A stretch of DNA of 37,831 nucleotides from a virus, in the IMG/VR virus record IMGVR_UViG_3300045988_095268, positions 1-37,831 of that record; one strand, given 5' to 3'. Below the pieces are notes generated by a model. The model was not told where the DNA came from, searched no databases, and saw only the letters and a list, made by a program, of their open reading frames with translations. The stretch's first letter is position 1. Every line of letters begins with the position of its first letter. This document shows, in pieces, positions 10,401-16,716 of the stretch. The position numbers and the translations under genes are program-made.

Positions 10401-11409
10401 GCTTTTTGGCGCGTACAGCGACAGCGCGTCCGGCAATGCGTTCCATATCTCCAAGTACGAGGAAGCGATTAAGGACCGCAAGTTCTACGGCTACCTCAAA
10501 GACGCAGGCAAAAAGGAGCTGCGCTCCATGCTCAACAGCTACGAGCAACACGTTGCGGACAACGACAAGCTGTCCGGCTGGGAGGCCAAGGCGGCAGTTG
10601 CCAAGGAGGCCGGTATTTCTCCGGGTGTGTATGCGCTGTACCAGATGGCGCTCAAGGCGGCAGACACGGACGGCAAGGGCGTAAGCCAGGCAAAGGCCAA
10701 GGCGGCCGTGGAATCCATTGACGGACTGACCCAGGCACAGAAGGCGTACCTCTGGCAAAGCTCGAACCGTAAATGGAAGAAGAACCCGTTCGGTTCAGCA
10801 ACAGTTTCAAAGTACCAGTACGCGGGCGGCGAGTTCGCAAACCCGGTTGAGGGCGGCACGATCTCAAGTAAGTTCGGTCCCCGAGACACGTTCGCGACAA
10901 GCAACGGTGCCTCGTCCTCGCGTTGGCACAAGTCCATTGACATTGCCGCTCCTGCCGGTACGGCGATCAAGTCGGTTAAGGGTGGCAAGGTAACCGCAAA
11001 CGGCTGGGTCTCCGGTTACGGATGGACGATTGAGGTTACGCATGATAACGGGTACGTAAGCATGTACCATCATATGATGAACCAAAGCAGCGTTGCGGTC
11101 GGCACGGAAGTAAAGCAGGGGCAGACGATCGGCAATGTCGGCAGCACCGGCAATTCGACCGGTCCGCACCTTGATCTGACGATCACCAAGGACGGCACGC
11201 CGGTGGATCCTGCGTCGCTGATTGGCGATTACAAGAACGCAAAGACGGGGTATGTTTACGAAGGCTCGCCGGTTTACACGCAGCTGTCCTCGGCGGCAAG
11301 CAAGAGCAAAAAGAGTTCCGGCGGGTCGAGTAGGTCGAGTGGCGGAAGCAGTTCCGGCGGTTTGAAGCAGCTTAAGGGACTTAGTGGTTTGAAAGGATTG
11401 GGATTCTGA
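4402..11409 (+). CDS. Giant (2335 aa) multidomain virion/ejection-type ('polyvalent'-like) protein with a C-terminal M23 (LytM-type) peptidase domain
   Basis: Strong RBS taggaggttcatATG. The N-terminus is a disordered Q/R-rich repeat region. Hydrophobic Gly/Ala segments (APVMAASAIPGVGPAVGSLVMGAQAAGQ; FVGGLLGGGRVPISS) are present. The C-terminal M23 motifs are HKSIDIAAPAGTAI, SMYHHM and GSTGNSTGPHLDL. The tail is Ser/Gly-rich. Confidence 0.85.
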   Translation: MSFYSDYEKKKNKNKTSALLKVPHVVPQKPAKQDNSRRATAARNREQQRVQAHQNAQRPASTYLTGGSTTRSQPYAANQQRNTVFQQRGNTRQGFPGTGSRSTQQNNLRQPASTYLTGGSVTRSQPYAASQQNQLFSARKAAEQRRNPRQNVSTASNSSGDGNPTLTQFLKNSMDWHTTSDPNRKAQLHAQNDALRRKLGYEYNPQTGASFDKFGHEMTADVRMAYGSKPTERLNQATQLLHTSGVMGKTDKATVYPTAMQAAQGLDEDYFSGQTGYNAHKTMHDLFNRSDETWSSEDTQSRDRARQELSDEMSRIMKRYGLDYQPRDNEDDIMNRLKAAGADEQTLAYVQENIDLRHAADRLGNGMEAVGKRWIASLPSLVDTSRQVSANVEESRQNEEYRQLEEQEQTLELTLQGMNSTAADGSVPADYQAIYDQLQEVRKRKNELTVNKGVDPNKWSQRMLREANEAQANAEAGLAPAPRWLTEQGISLAGNAPVMAASAIPGVGPAVGSLVMGAQAAGQRSFELNERGIGARESLTRGLTSGAIEAATERLPLGQMSKILHSGGVNAVKNILIQMGEEATEESASYFLNYVADLAANDPDAKFSLAELTQSAAGGAFGGLVFGTAGAVGSRAAMDTERMNAADAYDYNQVQQLVQLDSELQAARKLPEGPIRERAVQTAQNKMVNALTDMQRQNAARSAELTANYDADLQNHLDLQEKAETAQYLQEQENRALNQRAAVQAMQQMDTQTQNNVIDLQDRLNNAWTELQELDQGDGRLSVAEMQRRNQLMDEIRQLNAQLNEQGVKTGAVMPEIQQNDMIRTADRGNVGEVLNQNPDGSYNAFFRNNETGEEGIHRVEAENAQRIAEPGTYEVASEQQRAAAAEEALSPSLDDSEYQFVQNPKEQAKPLGNYEMYGKTPKQAAQELQVQLNSQHSFVYESDEQAARREQNSELRGQFELAQPVRRQMEKFKNNHPLSDKDNSLLQGALLNGATDKFSQADDPAAVMHMFQLTQEEQRLMQPLREYAQARRDALSLSAEEMADAIAEKAKDKRIPGAYSRETMERNSYDIFGKENRQYAETLNEQYFTPVHKAVADRTQYINTVKDRIAKLNLSKHESALVQMMLEGENGAAADYIAVKKIKVTSKLQERVANGVAEFRAIYDDMYNKLCDTLIANGMWDSVPGYLKDYAPHFTVDKPDTKLARVLYKFGIKPDSTLNLPTPIAGITDDRNPGKKWFGNLLHRNGELTEFDAVAGFDRYVETAGDVIYLTDSIQNLRTLEDAIRYRLSDDGTRQKINEIRKDRTLDPLERHQQTQDVYDKNVDDTKKLLDQKHAGMGGYVANLHEYINNLAGKKARADRGWEEMLGRQMYNVAKNVEGRVAANMIALNPGSWITNFIPLTQAAGEVSTPNLLRAAYDTVKSAIRDDGFTDGSVFLTNREGTQMLDRTLTRKVSDLAGMPMEAIDHFTANIVTRGKYLQNIADGMTVNQAFENADAFASNLMADRSKGAQPTAFNAVNPIRKMFTMFQLEVNNQLSYLAKDLPRAKQNKAALAWSYTKIFAGAYLFNQVYHQLTGRDSALDPIGMIVDAFGLDDDDDKDKKKKSGVDIALDLGENIAEQIPFVGGLLGGGRVPISSAFPDFGKLKEEYENGYDNKRIALDAAKSAANSAAYLLLPFGGGAVKKALEGAATVYAGGSYSLDKNGEKILQFPQYGQSPRDWAQAMLFGKSSLQGAQEWADDDYNSLNADETKVFEELRQRMSWNKDENGNTIDNSEAVFAAIKAMKATTADAKEKYGNKNYKEIAAASIRQMLLANNDLTPMQKKTLDRELITAGDSADYTSQDAFDISQYVRESRQDDAAEAIKHGISVDDFVKWDSVIEQTLADNYVDAKDYEDGENNQLYAKNAVLQNILDEYDKDGEHTDAEKNAFADYVLVSAMGESDKERWDAVKGTVNATDFVQFAGDMATYNKEYKGSGMSKSDAMQAILNGYGNLSDTQKDALFGAYSDSASGNAFHISKYEEAIKDRKFYGYLKDAGKKELRSMLNSYEQHVADNDKLSGWEAKAAVAKEAGISPGVYALYQMALKAADTDGKGVSQAKAKAAVESIDGLTQAQKAYLWQSSNRKWKKNPFGSATVSKYQYAGGEFANPVEGGTISSKFGPRDTFATSNGASSSRWHKSIDIAAPAGTAIKSVKGGKVTANGWVSGYGWTIEVTHDNGYVSMYHHMMNQSSVAVGTEVKQGQTIGNVGSTGNSTGPHLDLTITKDGTPVDPASLIGDYKNAKTGYVYEGSPVYTQLSSAASKSKKSSGGSSRSSGGSSSGGLKQLKGLSGLKGLGF
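4576..4797 (+). repeat. Two 66-bp near-identical in-frame direct repeats (4576-4641 and 4732-4797) inside the giant gene's N-terminus
   Basis: cctgcaagcacYtatctgaccggcggcagcRYgaccagaagtcagccgtatgcggcaaRtcagcag encodes PASTYLTGGS(T/V)TRSQPYAA(N/S)QQ twice, offset by 156 bp. Confidence 0.9.
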
Positions 11410-11421
11410 TAAGGAAATGCG

Positions 11422-11451
11422 AAAGCGCCGTCGATTGACGGCGCTTTTTTT
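11422..11451 (+). terminator. Rho-independent terminator ending the long rightward transcription unit
   Basis: gcgccgtc-gatt-gacggcgc stem-loop followed by a T7 run, 13 nt after the giant gene stop. Confidence 0.85.
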
Positions 11452-11496
11452 GTCGTTTCGTACACCTATAACATTTTATGTTTTGACAGCAATAAC

Positions 11497-13041
11497 TTAA
11501 ATGTTAGAGGTTTGAGGTATAGCAATTTTGGGGTGGATTGTCAGATGGAGGTCGCTTTTGGCTTTGCCGTAGACACGGACGGTTTTATGGTAGTCTATAC
11601 GGCGGATTACCTGCTTTAAGAGAAGATTTTGTTCTTTTGGATCTTCCAGTGTGGGGTATACGTCCAGCACATGACGGATGAGTGGCGCGGAGTTCTTCTG
11701 CGCTTCAATGTCTGTCTGTTTATTATGGAGTTTGCGCTCGATCTCGTGCTTTGTGTTTAGCAGTGCGGTCTGATCCTGGCTGATTGCGGATTGACGCTGC
11801 AGGAACGTTTCCTTACTGTAAAAACCATCTTCGAGCAGTTCATAGGTACGCTGCAGACGGCGGTTTATATCGGTAAGCTGCTTCTCGATGTTCTGCAGTG
11901 CGTTTTCTTCGCTTTTCGTGTCCAGAAGGGCAGGAGAGCTGAGTTCGATCTTGTGAAGAAATTCGCGGAGAGACTGCAGGACAAGGCTTTCCACATCTTC
12001 AAACAGACTGGAGACGGTAGAGCAGGACGGATTTTCACAGCCAAACCGGACTTTATCTTCACGGCGGTATGGATGGCGAGACATCAGTTTACCGCATTGG
12101 TCGCAGTAGACCAGTCCGGCCAGCGGATTCATCTGCTGGTATTTGCGCGGTACACGCGGCGTAACGGTGTCTTTCATGCGCTGTTGGACGCTGTACCAGA
12201 CGTCCCGCGGGATGATCGCTTCGTGTATTCCTTCGTACAGCTCACAGTTTTTATTGACCGGTCGCTTGGTTATCAATTTGCCTTTTTGCACGATTTTTGT
12301 GTTGACCTTCATGGCACTGGGGATAAAACCGGCATAGTGCGGGTTCTGCAGGATGGCACGGGTAGTCGCGGGCACCCATTTTTTATCGAGCGGTGTGCGG
12401 ATCTTCATAGCGTTCAGTTCGTTGGCGATTTCGGAAAAGCCTTTGCCGGAAAGATACATATCGTAGATGGTGCGGATTACACCGGCCTGCGGCTCAACCG
12501 GTCGAAGAGACCAGCCGCGGCCGTCCAGTTTGTAGCGTTCATAGCCGTAAGGCGGACGTCCGGGAACGTAGTGGCCTTCTTTCTTTGAGGCTCTCGTTCC
12601 GGCCAGCTGACGGCGGCGTATCATGCGGTACTCCTGCCGCGACATGAACAGGCCGAACTCCATCCATTCCTCATCCGCCTCCTGCGTGGGGTCGTAGGTT
12701 TTGGACGGCGTGACAATCAGTGTGCCCGAAAACTTAAACGCTTGGGCGACGATGCCCTGATCTATGGTATCGCCGCGCGCAAGACGCGAGGTTTCGGTGA
12801 CGAGGACGCCCTTCCAGCGGCCATCCTCCACCTCGGAGAGCAGCTGCTGCATGACGGGACGGTTTGCGATACGCTCACCGGAGACGATTTCGCGGTATAT
12901 CGCGCCGATCGGCAGGGCACGGGACTTGGCAAGCTCCATGAGGATATGCTCGTGCCGGGCGAGGGTATCGCCTTCGCCGTGCGCCTCTGCTTCGAGGTCG
13001 GCACGGGATTTGCGTAAATACATGGCGTATTCCATTTGCAT
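11497..13041 (-). CDS. Large serine recombinase (514 aa), probable prophage integrase
   Basis: The N-terminal resolvase-type catalytic domain reads AMYLRKSRADLE...TLARH...YREIVSGERIANRPVMQQLL...VLVTETSRLARGD. A recombinase domain, a Cys-rich zinc ribbon (CDQCGKLM...FGCENPSC) and a C-terminal coiled coil follow. It occupies the classic position at the end of the lysogeny module. Confidence 0.9.
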   Translation of the reverse strand: MQMEYAMYLRKSRADLEAEAHGEGDTLARHEHILMELAKSRALPIGAIYREIVSGERIANRPVMQQLLSEVEDGRWKGVLVTETSRLARGDTIDQGIVAQAFKFSGTLIVTPSKTYDPTQEADEEWMEFGLFMSRQEYRMIRRRQLAGTRASKKEGHYVPGRPPYGYERYKLDGRGWSLRPVEPQAGVIRTIYDMYLSGKGFSEIANELNAMKIRTPLDKKWVPATTRAILQNPHYAGFIPSAMKVNTKIVQKGKLITKRPVNKNCELYEGIHEAIIPRDVWYSVQQRMKDTVTPRVPRKYQQMNPLAGLVYCDQCGKLMSRHPYRREDKVRFGCENPSCSTVSSLFEDVESLVLQSLREFLHKIELSSPALLDTKSEENALQNIEKQLTDINRRLQRTYELLEDGFYSKETFLQRQSAISQDQTALLNTKHEIERKLHNKQTDIEAQKNSAPLIRHVLDVYPTLEDPKEQNLLLKQVIRRIDYHKTVRVYGKAKSDLHLTIHPKIAIPQTSNI

Positions 13042-13053
13042 TGTATCACTTCC

Positions 13054-13596
13054 TTAGTTACCAGAGCCGATATGATTGAGCAGGAAGCAGAGGACAGCAG
13101 CCACAAACGGAACAACAGCATAGCTGAGAATGGTTCCGAGGCGGCCGGACAGCAGCTTGTTTGAGGATCGTGCAACGAGCGCTTCCCAGATTCCGCTGAT
13201 AATGAGCGAACAGAACAGGCCAAGAAAACCGCCTGCAAGCATGACTGCATAAGCGAACAGTGCGTCCCAGGCGTTCTGAATCGGACGGCTGGACAGGCAG
13301 TTGATTGCGGTAATGACGGTTGCGCCTGCAAAGGCGGCAAAGTTTACTTTGCGGTGCTTGATACGCAGTTCTTCGGCGAGTGCATCCGCTTTATGCTTAC
13401 GGCGCACAATCTCATCACGGGCAATCTCCAACGTGAGACCTTCCGGACGCTTGCGGCGGATATAGGAGCGCGCCCAGTCCTCTTTGCTGAGGCTGTTGGC
13501 GTACTGGAGGCGTTCGATATTATCAAACTCTACTTCATCCAGAAACAGACCGGCATTTTCAAATTCTTTTTGAATATCATATTTTTCCTGTTGCAT
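13054..13596 (-). CDS. Membrane protein (180 aa) between integrase and repressor. Candidate prophage-expressed exclusion or other lysogeny-associated function.
   Basis: Soluble charged N-terminal half, then 3-4 hydrophobic segments (FAAFAGATVITAI, AYAVMLAGGFLGLFCSLIISGIW, ILSYAVVPFVAAVLCFLL). The ATG at 13596 is preferred over the TTG at 13614. Confidence 0.6.
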   Translation of the reverse strand: MQQEKYDIQKEFENAGLFLDEVEFDNIERLQYANSLSKEDWARSYIRRKRPEGLTLEIARDEIVRRKHKADALAEELRIKHRKVNFAAFAGATVITAINCLSSRPIQNAWDALFAYAVMLAGGFLGLFCSLIISGIWEALVARSSNKLLSGRLGTILSYAVVPFVAAVLCFLLNHIGSGN

Positions 13597-13706
13597 ATTG
13601 ATAAAATCCCCCAAACTATGTTAAAATAGTGCTTGGGGATTTCATCCGTTCGGGGGTGGGGTTCCTTTCGAGCCGTTGTCAGGTGCGTTCTGACAGCGGC
13701 TTTTCT

Positions 13707-14078
13707 TTATGCCTGTTGATCCACTGCAGGCTCATCACGTTTTTTATATCGGGGGTTTCCTTTCAGGTCTGCGACGTACTCGCGGACCTTTTCTTTTCCC
13801 TCATCGTTGAATGAGCGGTAGTCGGTAACAAGCTGCTGCTCGTCTGTCGTGAGCGTTTCCGCTGGCTCTGGGTGTTCCTCAAACACATCTGTTATGTTTA
13901 TGCTCAAAAGTTTACATAATGGTTCTAACAGCTCTATATTCGGGGAATTATCGCCTTTCATCCATTTCGTTACGCTCATCTTTGATACGCCGAGCGCTCT
14001 TGCTATCTCCGCTTGTGTATATGGTGAGCGTTCGAGATAGTATTTCAAGTTCTTGCGTATCGTTTCTCTTATATCCAT
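13707..14078 (-). CDS. XRE-family HTH repressor (cI-like, 123 aa)
   Basis: HTH motif YTQAEIARALGVSKMSVTKWMKG. GGAGG lies 8 nt upstream of the ATG at 14078. It is divergent from a Cro-like gene. Confidence 0.85.
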   Translation of the reverse strand: MDIRETIRKNLKYYLERSPYTQAEIARALGVSKMSVTKWMKGDNSPNIELLEPLCKLLSINITDVFEEHPEPAETLTTDEQQLVTDYRSFNDEGKEKVREYVADLKGNPRYKKRDEPAVDQQA

Positions 14079-14104
14079 GGGGTTCACCTCCTTTCTGTGA
14101 GTAA

Positions 14105-14133
14105 ATTATATCATGACTGGTGGCGTATGTAAA
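14105..14133 (-). promoter_or_regulatory. Leftward promoter of the genetic switch (drives the repressor)
   Basis: On the minus strand, TTTACA is followed by 17 nt and then TATAAT (plus-strand tgtaaa 14128-14133, attata 14105-14110). Confidence 0.7.
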
Positions 14134-14175
14134 CATGTTAGTAAAGAAAAAGTTTACCTATTTTCTGAAAAGCTC

Positions 14176-14204
14176 TTGACAGTAAACGTGAAGTTGACTA
14201 TAAT
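14176..14204 (+). promoter_or_regulatory. Rightward early promoter (drives cro-like and early genes)
   Basis: Perfect consensus: TTGACA (14176-14181), 17 nt, TATAAT (14199-14204). It is flanked by GTAAAC/GTTTAC operator-like repeats. Confidence 0.8.
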
Positions 14205-14246
14205 AAAGGCACAGTAAAGATAAAGTTTACAGAGGAGGTGCAAGTT

Positions 14247-14477
14247 ATGAAAATCGCTGACAATATCCTTGCATATATCCGTGCAAACGGCATTCGGCAG
14301 AAGATTATTGTTGATAAGTGCGGTTGGTCTAAGCAAAAAGTTTACAGCATGCTCCATGGAATCAATCGAATTTCGGTTGAGGAATACGGCATGATATGCA
14401 AGGCCCTCGGGGTACCGGTTGAGTTCTTCTACCTGTATAACAGTGAGGATAAGACAAACCCCGCCAGCAGCAGCTGA
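14247..14477 (+). CDS. Cro-like XRE-family HTH regulator (76 aa)
   Basis: HTH motif IRQKIIVDKCGWSKQKVYSMLHG. GAGGAGG RBS 8 nt upstream of the ATG at 14247. Confidence 0.8.
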   Translation: MKIADNILAYIRANGIRQKIIVDKCGWSKQKVYSMLHGINRISVEEYGMICKALGVPVEFFYLYNSEDKTNPASSS

Positions 14478-14493
14478 CGGGGTTTGCGGGAAA

Positions 14494-14700
14494 TTAGTTT
14501 GCTGCTGCAATGAGTGCATCTGAAATAGACTTTGCGAGGTCATTCAGCGCACTGGTGTTAGCAGCACAGATTTCCTCGACAAGCTGCTTGCTCTGCTCGT
14601 CTGCGATTGACTTTTCAAGAATTGCGGAACAGTTTCGAGAAAACTCATCACTGATACAGCCGAGCTCAGCCTGCAGCCTGTCATAGATTTTGTAATCCAT
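14494..14700 (-). CDS. Small hypothetical protein (68 aa), convergent with cro
   Basis: The ATG at 14700 is preceded by AAGGAG at 7-nt spacing. A longer version starting at 14730 (MAKFYERR...) is possible. The sequence is helical and acidic, with no recognised motif. Confidence 0.45.
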   Translation of the reverse strand: MDYKIYDRLQAELGCISDEFSRNCSAILEKSIADEQSKQLVEEICAANTSALNDLAKSISDALIAAAN

Positions 14701-14832
14701 GCGCGATCTCCTTTCATAGAATTTCGCCATATTCTTTAGGGCTCCACCTCTTGAGACGTGCAAGGATACAATTTTATTGTTACATATTCCTTAACCGTAG
14801 TCAATAAAAACATTACTGAAAGGGATGAGAAG

Positions 14833-14997
14833 ATGGACGAACTGTTAGAAAAGAACGCCGAAGAAATTATGCTGAAAACAACAACTCTCCTTGCCGACTG
14901 TGTGGAGAAGCTGAGCAAGGAGAGCAATTCGGCGCAATCGACCTATACCACGGCTAAGATTGCAACCTGTTTGGAAATTCTGAAATTATTCCATTGA
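14833..14997 (+). CDS. Small hypothetical early protein (54 aa)
   Basis: Internal ATG of ORF 14758..14997, with gaaaggga upstream. Helical sequence. Confidence 0.4.
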   Translation: MDELLEKNAEEIMLKTTTLLADCVEKLSKESNSAQSTYTTAKIATCLEILKLFH

Positions 14998-15016
14998 ATA
15001 GTCCAAGGAGCATACC

Positions 15017-15163
15017 ATGAAGTACGAAGTTTGGGTTTTGACTGAAAAAGGTCATATTGCGTACCAGTGGACGCAGTTTTTTTGCGACAGCCGAGAGGTT
15101 GCGCTGCAGAAGGTCGAGGAGTGGCTCGGCAAGGCGGATAAGATCGAGGTGAAACCTGCATGA
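15017..15163 (+). CDS. Small hypothetical early protein (48 aa; not in the ORF track because it is under 60 aa)
   Basis: AAGGAG RBS (15005-15010) lies 6 nt before the ATG. Reads MKYEVWVLTEKGHIAYQWTQFFCDSREVALQKVEEWLGKADKIEVKPA. Its stop overlaps the next start (ATGA). Confidence 0.55.
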   Translation: MKYEVWVLTEKGHIAYQWTQFFCDSREVALQKVEEWLGKADKIEVKPA

Positions 15164-15324
15164 AACCATTCAACGAATACCTCGGCATGAGCGCCGAGCA
15201 GCTGCTGGCAGACCCGGAAGCACCGGAGAGCCTGCGGATCGCTGCCCGCATTGAGCTTGAGAAAGCACAAAAGTTCAATTTAGCGGCAGAAGTGGCGCGG
15301 ACGGCAACAGACAAGCCGGTGTAA
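15160..15324 (+). CDS. Small hypothetical early protein (54 aa; under 60 aa)
   Basis: ATGA start/stop coupling with the previous ORF. Reads MKPFNEYLGMSAEQLLADPEAPESLRIAARIELEKAQKFNLAAEVARTATDKPV. Confidence 0.5.
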   Translation: MKPFNEYLGMSAEQLLADPEAPESLRIAARIELEKAQKFNLAAEVARTATDKPV

Positions 15325-15352
15325 GCATAGGCTTTAGAAAGGGGTGGTTACG

Positions 15353-15523
15353 GTGGCAATCGTGGCTGAATATCATTATCCAAACGGTACGGTACGCATA
15401 GACGACGACTGTTACCGTGACGTTTCGCCGGAGGAAATGCAGCGGCGCATTGAGCGCCTGCAGAAAACGGCGTGGGAATTACTGATGAATCAGGAACGGA
15501 GGAAGAAAGATGAAGGCAAGTAA
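15353..15523 (+). CDS. Small hypothetical early protein (56 aa; GTG start)
   Basis: GTG at 15353 follows aaagggg. Reads VAIVAEYHYPNGTVRIDDDCYRDVSPEEMQRRIERLQKTAWELLMNQERRKKDEGK. The antisense 287-aa ORF over this region looks spurious. Confidence 0.45.
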   Translation: MAIVAEYHYPNGTVRIDDDCYRDVSPEEMQRRIERLQKTAWELLMNQERRKKDEGK

Positions 15524-15779
15524 GTTTATGATGAGCCTGTCGGCGGCGGTGTTCGGCGGCGTGATGTACATGCAAATTGCCGGTGCCTGCAGCCGCACGC
15601 AGGCAGCGGTGCTCGGAACGGCGATGCTGGTTTGCATGGCAATCTGCTATGCCGATCTGCAGCGTGAAAAGCGCCGGAAGGCCATGCAGGAGGATAAGGC
15701 CCGCAGGGCGGCTCGCGTCTCCATGGACAAAGCGGCGCACATTGCATACCGCGCCGACCTGATGAGGCAGATTCGCTGA
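15510..15779 (+). CDS. Small membrane protein (89 aa)
   Basis: GGAGG RBS. Two hydrophobic segments (SLSAAVFGGVMYMQIAGA; VLGTAMLVCMAICYA) followed by a basic tail. Confidence 0.6.
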   Translation: MKASKFMMSLSAAVFGGVMYMQIAGACSRTQAAVLGTAMLVCMAICYADLQREKRRKAMQEDKARRAARVSMDKAAHIAYRADLMRQIR

Positions 15780-15973
15780 TGGACTGGAAGAAAAACCGGC
15801 AGAAGTTCCAGATGCCGCATGACCGGGTGGAACGCTGCATGCGGTACGTGACGGCTGTCGAAAAGAACGAGAAACGCGCCGAGAAAGCCAGAAAGGCACG
15901 CTTTGACGCGCTGCTGCTCGAACGGTGGCAGGCAAGACGGGCGAACAGGGAGAAGGGCAATGCAGAGATTTAG
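15779..15973 (+). CDS. Small basic hypothetical protein (64 aa)
   Basis: TGATG coupling with the previous gene. Lys/Arg-rich helical sequence. Confidence 0.5.
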   Translation: MDWKKNRQKFQMPHDRVERCMRYVTAVEKNEKRAEKARKARFDALLLERWQARRANREKGNAEI

Positions 15974-16268
15974 CGGGCTGGAAATTAAGCCGTATTCTCA
16001 GCTGACCGAGCTGCCGCGGGTGCGGATAGACAGGGTGCGCGTTGAGGTACAGCGCACTCTGTTCGGCGAAACTGAGTATCACCTTGTTGGCACGATGGGT
16101 GACGAGGGCAAGGCTTACCCGATCTGCGCTCCCTTTACCGAGCTGCCGGATGTATGGGAAAAAAAGAAAGAAATTGAAAGCGCCATTTTCAAGGCGCGCC
16201 AGGAGGAACAATATGCGAAAAAAAGAAAAGACGCGGGTTATCTGGAGACACCCGCGCGGCCGGTTTGA
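15960..16268 (+). CDS. Hypothetical protein (102 aa)
   Basis: The internal ATG at 15960 of ORF 15903..16268 overlaps the previous stop region. No motif recognised. Confidence 0.5.
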   Translation: MQRFSGLEIKPYSQLTELPRVRIDRVRVEVQRTLFGETEYHLVGTMGDEGKAYPICAPFTELPDVWEKKKEIESAIFKARQEEQYAKKRKDAGYLETPARPV

Positions 16269-16716
16269 GATACAGGAGACCGAGCATTACAGTCTGTTCG
16301 ATCACTGCGCATATTACACGCGCGAATGCGTATTTACGCCGCAGGACGATGCGCGCGGGCTGTGCAGCGAGGTGCCGACAGGCATTTATGTGCCGGAGGA
16401 AATCAAGCAGGAGGGTCGGTGGCAGCCGCGCGTGACGGACGAGGAAAAACAGCAGCTTGTGAAAATGTATCAAGCAGGCATGCCTATTCGCGCTATTTCA
16501 AGGGAGACCGGACGGGCTTGCGATACGATCTCAAACGTACTGGAGGAGCTGGGCTGCCGGAAGAAGAAGCTGCATAAGTCGGTTCACTGGACGTATGAGG
16601 AATTTCAGAAGGCGGTAGCTATGCGCAAGCGCGGCTATCTGTACAAGGAGATCGGCGCGGCGCTCGGCAAGAGCGATCATGCCGTGCAAAATAAGTTTGC
16701 GAGGGAGGGGTACTAA
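16213..16716 (+). CDS. DNA-binding protein with two HTH-like segments (167 aa)
   Basis: Strong RBS aggaggaacaatATG. A resolvase-type HTH (MYQAGMPIRAISRETGRACDTISNVL) and a Myb/SANT-like segment (WTYEEFQKAVAMRKRGYLYKEIGAALGKSDHAVQNKF) are present. It overlaps the upstream ORF by 56 nt. Confidence 0.65.
   Translation: MRKKEKTRVIWRHPRGRFEIQETEHYSLFDHCAYYTRECVFTPQDDARGLCSEVPTGIYVPEEIKQEGRWQPRVTDEEKQQLVKMYQAGMPIRAISRETGRACDTISNVLEELGCRKKKLHKSVHWTYEEFQKAVAMRKRGYLYKEIGAALGKSDHAVQNKFAREGY

Noticed and set aside
9016-10758. Very long antisense ORFs inside the giant gene: 580 aa at 9016..10758, plus 4723..5712, 5974..6975 and 7744..8802, all on the minus strand.
   Set aside because: They lie fully inside a coding frame with strong protein-like sequence and motifs. 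Their own translations are Arg/Leu/Val/His-rich low-information sequence, they lack RBSs, and long antisense ORFs are expected in high-GC coding DNA.
15348-16211. A 287-aa minus-strand ORF spanning the small early genes.
   Set aside because: Its composition (Pro/Arg/Ala/Ser-rich) is not protein-like. The plus strand holds a chain of RBS-preceded, start/stop-coupled small ORFs that explains the region better.
16213-16268. The 56-nt overlap between 15960..16268 and 16213..16716 as a programmed frameshift site.
   Set aside because: No slippery heptamer or downstream structure is visible. The second ORF has its own strong AGGAGG RBS and ATG, so independent initiation is the simpler explanation.
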